A stretch of DNA of 64,000 nt from Octopus vulgaris (Eukaryota): assembly GCA_951406725.2 (NCBI GenBank), contig OX597830.1:32178001-32242000 (forward strand), in the 5' to 3' direction. The notes below the pieces were generated by a model. The model searched no databases, was not told the origin of the DNA, and saw nothing but the letters and a program-made list of their open reading frames with translations. A program made the position numbers and the translations under genes. Positions 53,471 to 64,000 of this stretch are shown here, in pieces (the first letter of the stretch is position 1; each line of letters opens with the position of its first letter).

Positions 53471-54111
53471 TGGAGTAAAACAGAGAGATTCCAAATAAAA
53501 AGATGATGAAAGACTGATAGTTGCAATGAAGTGGTTGTAGAGAGTAGAGTGGTAGTGTGAAGTACAGAAAAGGTGTCAGTTTATTACGTCAAACTCAGGT
53601 CTTCTTTCTCCGTCGTCTCTTTAATTTCCTTTTCCTGGCCCTTTTTTGCAACTCGCCCTTTCTTTTCCCCTCTTATTGTAACTCTTTCCCTTTCAAACAC
53701 AACACAACACACTCAGCACGCGCACGTACATGCAAACACACTCACGCACCATATCCCGTGCGTTTCCTTTCTCATTTCTCCTAGGCGACAATGTGTAGAC
53801 AGTATATATATATATATATTTATTGAAACGCAGTAGTTATTAAATTTGCTTATGTTAAAAAGAAAAAAACAGTAAAGAAAATTATATTTTCAAAAAGTTA
53901 ATGTAGGGTTTCAAATAACATGGAAGTTAGAAAATAATTTATTCGTTAATTGGTGCACATTTAAATTTGTTTATATTCAGCTATTACAGTGTATGAATCG
54001 GACTCTTAATTTTCATAATGTTTGATATATATACCCACACACTCACACATATATATACATATATTCATATGTCTGTGGATGGATATTTATGTATAAGCGC
54101 ACATGGATTTA

Positions 54112-54301
<190 letters not shown>

Positions 54302-55918
54302 TACATATGTATATAAATAAATATGAAAGTGTATGTGTGTGTAAATTAATCTGAAATAATGTAATAATGTCTAACTCAGAGACATCGTGAATTCCTCTAC
54401 GTCTTTCATTGTTAATTAAATTTCTACCTTTGAACAAGAATCAAAGTGTCGTATAAAACAAAATTGTAAGTACGTTACTGATGTTGATGTGGCTGTTATT
54501 AATGTCGCTCTTGCTGCTGCTGTTGATGGTGCTGCTGCTGCTGCTGCTGCTGCTATTATTGCTAGAAAACGAAAACGAAAGTGAAAGTGGAAGTGAAAGT
54601 ATGTTGTCATTGTTAGAAAATGAAATGAAATTGTCATTAACATTATGAAGATTCTTCGATTTTTCTTCTTGTATTAATTTTTGATTTGTTTTGCTTCGCT
54701 AATTCTTTCTTTCTTTCTTTTTTTTATATATATATATATTCTACTAATGTTTTTTTCTTTTAATCGTAGATTCTGAGATATTCTGAGACAGATGTATCTA
54801 AGTCATTTAGGAACCACAATTTAATTGTGTATCAAGAGAGATCGTTAGCTTTCACTGTATTTTTAGGACTGATGTTTAATTAAAATGTATACTTAAAAAG
54901 ACACCTGACAGAATGTAATACGATAATCACTTTTCAAACAGACACTTGGAGAGGACAGAAAAAAGAAAAAAGAAAATAATACACCTATTCATATATAAAA
55001 CAAAATATAACCACACACACAACACACATGCATTTATATACATACACATATGTGTGTACGCGTGTATGTACATACAAAGAGAGAGAAAGCGGATATATAC
55101 ATACATACATACATACATACATACATACATACATACATACAGATAGATTACTAGACAGAGTTTTGTATAACTCGTAAGCAAATTATAAAAATGTATACAT
55201 GCATATACAGAAAATCATATGCACATACACACACGCACACACAGACACATATACACATGCACACATGCATGTATGCACATACACACACGTTTTCATACAG
55301 CTATATACTTAATCATTAATTATAGATGAAATTAATAAGTAACAATACAGAAAACAATGCCAAGATACATAAAAGAAGAAAAATCGAAATAAACATATAC
55401 ACAGGTATGTGTATGCATATATGCATGTATGTATGTATTCATGTATGTGTGTGTGTATGTACGTGTGTATGCATGCATGTATGTATGTATTTATGTATGT
55501 ATGTATGTATGCATGTATGTATGTATGTATGTATGTCTGTATGTGTGCGTATGTATGTATGCATGCATGTATATGTATGTAGATTTGTATTTATATATGT
55601 ATGTGTGCGTATGTATGCGTGTATGTAGTTATGTATGTATGTGCTAGTATGTACGTGTGTGTGTATGTATGTATATATGTGTGCGTATGCATGTATGTAT
55701 GATGTATGTATGGTTTATGTATATGTGTGTTTATATATACGTACGTACGTATGTATATATGTATTTATGTATGTATGTGTATATGTGTATATATGTATGT
55801 GTGCATATCTATGTAGGTATGCATGTATGTATTTATGTATGTATGTATGCTTGTATATATGTATGAATATATGTATGTATGCATGCATGTGTGTATGTTT
55901 GTATGTATGTAACAACTA

Positions 55919-55949
<31 letters not shown>

Positions 55950-56281
55950 TTTTCAAAAATACACGTGAAAATTAACAAAACAAGGCAAAATAACAATAAA
56001 AAAGAAATTATGGGAATTAAAAATGCAGAAAAGAGAAAAAAATTATCCAAGTTTTGTGTCAATGTTCTCTGCATTGATTAAGATATTGAAAAAAAAAATG
56101 TTTGATGTTAGTTGTTTTAAGTATTGAGAGTAGAAGCAGCAGTCGAAGTAGCAGCAGCAGCAGCAGCAGCAGCAGCAACGGCAGTAGCAGCAGCAGCGGT
56201 GGTGGTATAAGGGATAGCTTTTGTTGTTGTCTTTCCCTTTTTCTTCCTGCATCTTGAATCTTCCTGTACGCATCTATAAAC

Positions 56282-56320
<39 letters not shown>

Positions 56321-56475
56321 CATACACGCGCACAAACTTACACACACACACCTACAAACGTTCATACACCTACATGCATATACACGCTTATATTTTATAT
56401 ACACATATGCACACAATCATAAACTCTCAAATACATATACATGTATATATATACATATATACATATGTATGTATG

Positions 56476-56508
<33 letters not shown>

Positions 56509-56611
56509 TATGTGTGTGTATGTATGTATATATATATATATACATGTATATACATATACATATATATACACATATATATATATATATATATGTATGTATA
56601 TGTATATACAT

Positions 56612-56667
<56 letters not shown>

Positions 56668-56961
56668 ATATATATGCACAAATATACATATGGTATTTAC
56701 CTTTTGTTCTTCCCTAACCTTCCATACCCCGCCTAGGTACCTCACAGTGAATGTGCATTGACGCCACGAACAGAGACGTCGAAGTCATCCTCTAATTGAG
56801 AAATTCATTTCTTGTCTTTCAACATCACAAAAACACACACACACAAAAAACGAACTGCAACTATCTCAAATATCAAAAATATATTTTTAAAAATATGATT
56901 ACACCTCAATACTCTTAAACACTAGTGGCACTCGTCTTGAGCAATAACGATGACTTCAAAC

Positions 56962-57610
56962 GTAGTGAACCTCCTGTTGTCCGATACGAAAAAAAAATAG
57001 GAACGCTCATACATCAGGCATCTTGATAGAAACGAATAATTTCCGCAAGAACACTGGTTCAAATTTTGTGTCGATTAATGGCTACCGTCATATGCCAACA
57101 GCAACAGTCAGTTGCTAGTCAATTGTCCATACGTTTTCTTTATTGTGTGTCTGTACGACAGGATTTCCGTAAATTTTCTCGCAGCAGCCCATCTACAACA
57201 ATGTCTTCGGACAGGAGTGTAGTTCTTACTCTCAAGCAAATGTGCTCGCCCTGAGAATGGTAAAAATCGTTAACATTTGATGGATGAATATAACACTGGA
57301 TTATCAACACTGTTCGACATCAATTCGTGAAACATCAAATTGAAGGAATTCTACCTGAAGTCTGAGAATCCAAAGGCAGTCAAAGAATGTTGCATGCATC
57401 ATCAAGCAAGAAGCGAAGACCTCGACAAAATATTGTATGAATGATTTTCAATTAAAAGATCGAGCCCCATCATAATCGAGAAGGCAAAGGATTTTTCAGA
57501 AGAAAATGAATATAAAAATAATTGCGCCCGTTCACATCTGGATGGCTTACAAGATTTAAGATGCGTTTCGATACTTCGAGAGAACAAGGGACTACTGAGC
57601 AATTTGCTGC
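56962..57610 (+). pseudogene. Tigger/pogo (CENP-B HTH) transposase N-terminal remnant with a possible left TIR
   Basis: From 57201: VVLTLKQ..LMDEYNTGLSTLFDI..LKEF...EDLDKILYE*F..KRS..IIEKAK.F...FTSGWLTRFK.R; TIR-like gtagtgaacctcctgttgtccga at ~56962. Confidence 0.75.
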
Positions 57611-58494
57611 CCTAAAGCTCACACTCGTTGATGAATTTCCCCACGAACGTACATTCTTAGATAAGAAAAGACTACTTCACTGGCCTCTCGCATCAGAACT
57701 AGAAAATAGTTCAAACCAATTCAAAAGCAACTAACTCTTGACAAAAGGACTAGTAATGAAGTACTGATCGCATAACTAGGACTGTGCTGCTACATACGTG
57801 TACTTTGTAGAGTGCATCTAGAGAAACGTATTTCACTGACTGGCATGAAATCATTCCCAAGTACTCAGTGCTGTTGCCCACTGATGTGCAGCTATGTCCA
57901 CTCTTTTCCTTTTCTAACGCTACTACAATGGTATCTGCTTCTAGGATTTTATTGGTCTTGTGATACTTCAAACGTCTTTCCTCTTCCTGCCACACATATC
58001 GCGTCCAAATTTTTCAAGTTCGGTGCAAGCCTCTGCACCCAGTCATTTCTTCACAGAACGGTCGGGTCTCAGGGGTTCTCTCTCTGCACCAGTCACAGAG
58101 GACTCGGAGGACCCGTGATCGCTTACGATCATAGACTTTTCCTCCAGACTGAATTAATTAAACATGCTCGTTGCCGCCGTCACTAACATCACTAACATCA
58201 ATAGCAGCAGAATTAGAGTTTGGGTTAGGGTTAACTCCTCTCCATTATAATTATTCTAATCATCTTCATCATCATCTTCTGCAGCAGCATCGTCGTCGTC
58301 GTCGTCGTCTCCATCATCTTACCATCAAAATTGTCATTGTCATTATTGCCTTCGTCAACATAACTATTGTCATATCGTTGTCGATGTCATCGTCGTCTTC
58401 ATCATCATCACCGTCACCACCATCATCGCCACCACCAACACCACCACTATCATCATCATCGCCATCACCACCACCATCACCACCTTTTCTGGCT

Positions 58495-61400
58495 TGTGCT
58501 TATACCATCTTTTTTTCTGTTATTCCATAGTGTTGGCATAGCTTCCAGTGTATGTAGATCCCAACCTTGTCGTGTCTGTAAATATATTCCTTCTTAGCCA
58601 GGACTAGGCAGCCAGAGACAATATGATTTATTGTTTCTTCTCCATCACTACATATTCTGCAGTTACTTGTATTTCTTTTCATCATGTTTTTCGTGATTTC
58701 TGGAGAGAAATCCTTCAGTCTCTACTTTGAGTCCTGAGCTTCTCAGCTATTGTTGGGATTTTGCTTTGTCTATTTCTTTTCTGTTTAACTTAACCCAACA
58801 TTGGCCATGAAGGGGATTTTCTTTCCCTCGATTTCTCATGATTTGCTGCTGTTCCAGTTTGGGTTTGGATTTCATTTGTTATACAGCTTTTGTTATTTCT
58901 TCTTTTTCTTCATAGTTGTTAGGTAGTATGAATTCTTGTTTGTATTTGTCAGCTTCCTTAAAGGCCGAAAACAGTTTTTTGTTTTGTTCGTGTTTTGTGG
59001 CTACTTGTATTAGTTTTCCTTGTTTCTGAAGTAAGCATTTCTGTAGTCATATGTAATAGTTTTCTAGTTGTATAAGGCCTCTACCACCTTCGATACGTTT
59101 TATATATAACCTTTCTATGTCAGACTTTGGGTGGTACATCCTAAATCCCGTCATTATTTTTCTTGTTTTCCTGTCTATTTTGATTAGTTCATTTAGAGTC
59201 CAGTAAAGAATATTGAAGATGTAACTTATAACTGGGACGGCTAGAATGTTGATACCTATTATCTTGTTTTTCGCATTGAGCTCAGTTTTCAGTATTAGTC
59301 TAACTCGTCTATAGTATTCCCTTCTTATCTTCTCTTTCATTTGTATGTGTTGTATCGAATCTGGTCCATTGATTCCTAAGTATTTGTATGTCTGGCTTTG
59401 GTCTAATTCTCTTATTTCATTTACTTTATCTAGTGTGATGTTGCTACTTTTAACTGGTTTTCTTCTTTTCAAGGTTGCTTTGGCACATTTTTCTTAGCCA
59501 AATTTCATGTTTATTTCTTTGGTAAATCCATGTACTGTCTGTAGTAATGTTTCCAGCTGTTTATCATTTGTAGCATGCAGTTTTAGATCATCCGTATACA
59601 AGAGATGGCTGATCGTTTTGAAGTAACAGTTTTAACAACATCCAGTTCTGTTTAACATGTCAGATAAAGGTGTCAGTGCCAAGCTGAAAAGGAGTGGAGA
59701 TAGCGTGCCTCCCAGGAATGTTCGTCTTCTAATGAGGATGGCTTTGGTTTTCATGCGTCCCTCTTTTGTCTGGAGTTGTAGCACTGTTTACATTTATTCA
59801 TGGAGTGTTTTATATATTTTATGGTTATTGGTGCTAGTGCTTGTAGCGTCCATGACTTGGGAATACTATCAAAATCCTTTCAGTGATCGATTCAGGCCAT
59901 ACTTAGACCCTTCTTCTTTCTGCGGCTGTCTTCAGTTATGGCTTTATTGATCAATAGCTGATCTTTACAGCCATATGAGCCCTTGCAGAATCCCTTCTGC
60001 TCTTTTGGAAACAGATTGATTGTTTTCTTCGAGGTGTTTGCCCATTCTCTCCGATATTATTGCAGTAAAAGCTTTGTAAATTATAGGGAGACAAGTCATA
60101 ATTACGGTCTGTAATTTTGCAGCTTTGCCGTTTCAGTGGATTTGAGAATTAGGATAATTTTCTCTTCTGTGAGCCATTCAGGCATTGTCTCTGGCTCTGC
60201 TAGTATTTCATTAAATTTCTCAGCCAGCTTTTTATACGTTCCTGTTAGATATTTTAACCAGAAGTTGGGGATCTTGTCACGCCTAGGTGCCTTCCAGTTG
60301 CTTAGCTTTTGCAGTGCTTGGATGACCTCTTCAGTTGTTATAGGGTCCAGAGTTGTTCAGTTGCTGTGTTCGTTGTTTTTTATAGATCTTTTCTGAGGTT
60401 GTTCCTTCGCTGACCATATTTCTTTCCAAAATTCTTTTACTTCTGTTCTTGGTGCTGTATTGATGTCTATTTTATTTTTTCCAAGTTCTTGGTAGAATCT
60501 TTTAGGGTTGGAGTTGAACTGTTTGTTTTCCCAAAGAAACGTTGGTGTTTCTTATACCAACAGATTATTTGTGCTTTGGCGATGATATCTTGCTTTAGTT
60601 GTTCTTTTACTCCAGGAATATCTTGTTCTGTAATTCTGTATTTTACGTAGTATTTTCCTTCTCTATTTATTGCTTAGTAGTGTTCATTGCCTACTAGTTT
60701 CACTAAGGATTGACAGATCCTTTCTCTTATTTTCTCTCTTTTTCTGGATATATTTATCCACAAGGTTTGTTTGGGTGGTGATACATCTGTTTGGATGAGT
60801 TCTAAGGAATATCCAGCTTCTTTTGTGGCCACAGAGACTGCTGCATATATTATATAATTTAGCCTGGTCATACGGCCAGTTTCATGCTATTTACTATTGA
60901 TGTTTTTTTTATTCTCAAATTTAATTTTTGGGAGATACAATCGATGGTCCATACTGAGATCTGTGGCTTCCAATTATTTGATTAAACTCATTTTTTAGAG
61001 TATCATAATCATTAGTTTCACCTTCACTGCTTCCAGGTTTTAGATTTGTTTCCTATTCCCTCCCGTTCATATTTTTGCTTGTGGTGTTCTGGTTTGGTAC
61101 ATTTTGCTCATCATTATGCATTCCTACGGTCTGGGTTTGTTGTCTTTCAATGTTTACTTCGTTTTCGTTGGACATGTTAGGTCTGTCTTCGTATTTCCCA
61201 ATCTCAGTGCTTATGATATTATTTGACATTGCAATGTGGTTACTATATGTAGTTTTTTTTTATGTATTTGTCCTTTTAAGTGTTCTATTCCTGATTTTGT
61301 TGTTGTTGCTGTTTTGCGAATATATCTCCGTATGCTAGCTAGTTTATTAGGGTTCATTGCTGTATCCAATTCTTTATCTATGTTATGTTTCTTTCAGATT

Positions 61401-61800
61401 TTATATGTATATGTCGTTGTGTTTTCGTTCTGTGGATAGAGCACTGCTGTAAAATAAGCGTGTAGGATTCAAATATATTCCTTATGTATCCATTTATGCT
61501 TTTTAAATTTTATTTGCGGAACATGAGGAATAACGTCCAGTCCCTTATTTTGATGGTCATCATTTTCGTAGGGTAACGGTCCGTTCATTTCTGGTGTTGA
61601 ATGGTTTTGCACATATAGTTTTTCGTATTTTTTTGTGTAACATGTTTGAAGTACGTACTTCCCGTTTGTTATCTTTGGGTTGAATAATACGTGCATCTTT
61701 TAATTCATTTTTCATTTTTTTTTTTGTGTATGGCGGTTGAGAACGGAGATGATCTGATGTTGATTGGATCGTAAAGTGGTCAGCGTGTTTACACGTGTTG
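58495..61800 (-). pseudogene. R4/Dong-like non-LTR retrotransposon, ~3.3 kb, degraded and lacking its 3' RLE end
   Basis: N-terminal KHKW..EYI..AY; RT motifs NYRP.MTCLP, EQKGFCKGSYGCKDQLLINK, TLSPLLF, ISHLLYTDDLKL, YKYLGI; RLYIKRIEGGRGL; CCHC knuckle CRICSDGEETINHIVSGC..L....YIYRHD; many stops and frameshifts. Confidence 0.92.
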
Positions 61801-62008
61801 TGCGAGTGATGGAGATGATACACAGTTAAAAATACATAATTTCATTTGGAAAATATAAAATAAAGTTTAATGAGTATTACTTACTCGTATATAATCCAAC
61901 ACTGTCAGTTATTTTAGGCTCCATTTGTTGTCTTTATTCACGATGTTTTTGGATAGATTTCGGAGCAGTGTTTTATCGATCTCACTTATTAAACGTCCCC
62001 GGTGTTCC

Positions 62009-62094
<86 letters not shown>

Positions 62095-62175
62095 CATCAT
62101 CATCATCATTATTATTATTATTATCATTATTATTATTATTATTATACATCATCATCATCATTATTATTATTATTA

Positions 62176-62219
<44 letters not shown>

Positions 62220-62221
62220 TG

Positions 62222-62449
62222 TTTCTTTATTGCCCACAAGGGGATAAACATAGAGGGGAGAAACAAGGACAGACAAATGGATTAAGTCGATTGCATTGAT
62301 CCCCAGTGTGTAACTGGTACTTAATTTATCGATCCCGAAAGGATGAAAGGCAAAGTCAACCTCGGCGGAATTTGAACTCAGAACGTAACGGCAGACGAAA
62401 TACGGCTATGCATTTCGCCCGGCGTGCTAACGTTTCTGCCAGCTCACCT
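62222..62449 (-). mobile_element. SINE family B, young copy
   Basis: Reverse complement of the 49690 copy; embedded in (ATT)n. Confidence 0.9.
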
Positions 62450-62475
62450 TATTATTATTATTATTATTATTATTA

Positions 62476-63395
62476 AGTGAGAGGACAGTGCATGCCATCA
62501 AAGTGATACAGATGTACAAATATACGAAGTTCAGTGTACCCATCATGACTACCCGTCTGATAAGGGCACACCTGGCAGATGCATGACAACGATATGTGCG
62601 CGACCTGGTGATCTTATATCAAGATAAACTGCGCATGACTTTGCAGGTGGAGCCCAGTCAGAATTTTCTTCGGATCTCTTCAGTTTGGCTCACAGATTTT
62701 AAAATTATTTTTTAAAACTAAACTGTTTGAAACTTCATATACTGGTGTAGTTTCTCACGCTGAACATGGTTTACTTTCAACATTTTTGACAAAATTTCGT
62801 ATTTTAGAAGTTATTTCGTGTTAAAGTTGTCGCATTTAGGTAATTTTAACCAATCAACGACGTGTATTCAGTTGAAGAAACCTACTGCTGTTTGTGATAG
62901 TAACTGAAGAACAACATTTTCCAGGTTATCTCTACTAAATGTGCTACGTCCCAGCCATGTACCTTTCCTAGCAGATATAGTTTCGTTACAGCCTTTCCGA
63001 AAGCACCACCAGTCAAGGCTCTCCCGGACCACTTTCTTTTTCCTTGAGTGTCTAGATTTACGCAACGCCAAATAATTCACACGTAGTTGAAAAATACATT
63101 TAGTAGAGATGACCCGGAAGTTGTTCTTCAGTTACTATCGCAAACGGCAGTAGGTTTTTTTCAGCTGAATACACTTCGTTGATTGGCTAAAATTACCCGA
63201 ACACGGCAACTTTAAACCGAAAAACTTCTAAAATACGAATTTTGTCAAAAATGTTGATAGTAAACTGTATTCAGCGTGAGAAATTACACCAGTATACAAA
63301 GTTTCAAACTGTTTAGTTAAAAAAAAAATTTTAATCAGTCAGCCAAACTGAAGAGATCCTTCTCTTCTGGTTGAGTATCCTGTCCCACTCAAGTT
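62476..63395 (-). mobile_element. Family E retroposon 3' end interrupted by a MITE
   Basis: Shares sequence with 18190-18300 and appears to resume after 63362. Confidence 0.6.
62672..63359. mobile_element. Non-autonomous DNA transposon (MITE) with ~270-bp TIRs and a 3-bp TSD
   Basis: Termini ggatctcttcagtttggct / agccaaactgaagagatcc; the arms pair inward to ctctactaaatgt/acatttagtagag; TTC on both flanks. Confidence 0.9.
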
Positions 63396-63401
63396 ACTTA
63401 A

Positions 63402-63431
<30 letters not shown>

Positions 63432-63432
<1 letters not shown>

Positions 63433-63615
63433 AGGCAACGAGGTTGAAGAACCGTTAACGTACCGCGCAAAACGCTTAGCGGCATTTCGTCCGTCTTTAC
63501 GTTCCGAATTCAAATGCTGTTGGGGTCGACTTTGCCTTTCATTTTTTCGGATATCGATAAAATAAGTAATAGTAGAGTACTGGAAATGCTGGCCTTGTGT
63601 CAAAATTTGAAACTA
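63432..63615 (+). mobile_element. SINE family B, diverged
   Basis: cttagcggcatttcgtccgtctttacgttcc..gtcgactttgcctttca..ggccttgtgtcaaaatttgaaac. Confidence 0.8.
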
Positions 63616-63665
63616 TTGTTAGCTAGTTAGCAGCAGCAGCAGCAGCAGCAGTAGTAACAGCAGTA

Positions 63666-63697
<32 letters not shown>

Positions 63698-64000
63698 AAG
63701 CCTTAAGTTTTAGTGTGTTAATACGTTTTTATATACTCTCTTTTATCAGTCACGTATTTCATTTTCGCTCTCAATCTCTCTCCATCATGCATATTATGCT
63801 CATCCAAGTTGTCATTCTCCTACACAGATAACTTTTTGACTTTTTTTACTTCTTTTTTTTTTTTACTTCTACATTCTTCTAGGCGTTCTTTTGATCAAAA
63901 GAAACCGAGATGTATCACCGATTACATACGCTTTCCCTTTTTTCGTCTCTGGTCATGATATCGGAGTAGTAAGCTTTGATCTCGTTGTCAGTCTATAGAA

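Noticed and set aside
57745-58190. Possible RTE-like RT fragment on the minus strand (..EYLG..)
   Set aside because: The motif resemblance is too weak to call.

Overview
AT-rich, microsatellite-saturated eukaryotic genomic DNA. The repeat repertoire (tRNA-headed SINEs with internal AT/GT microsatellites, RTE 3' ends with (GAT)n tails, TTAA-flanked MITEs) most resembles an octopod cephalopod genome; this is inferred from pattern recognition, not from a database search. I found no host protein-coding gene, RNA gene or CRISPR array that I can support. Nearly all listed ORFs are translations of simple repeats or SINEs. The interpretable content is a transposable-element graveyard: about 16 copies of one SINE family, about 13 of a second and several of a third; a near-full-length dead Tc1-like transposon with DD36E spacing plus a 290-bp sister fragment; several MITEs (piggyBac-, hAT- and Tc2-like, and one with about 270-bp TIRs); a Tigger/pogo remnant; and LINE fragments (RTE, CR1/L2-type, R4/Dong-type, HERO-type RLE, Penelope-like). 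The best leads are a 363-codon poly-Asp ORF with a 96/192-bp higher-order repeat behind a plausible splice acceptor, several perfect or near-perfect fold-backs, a possible degenerate hammerhead ribozyme inside an inverted repeat, and an apparent change in CpG retention near 43-44 kb. None of these is a demonstrated new system. Coordinates of degraded repeats are approximate (about +/-10 bp).
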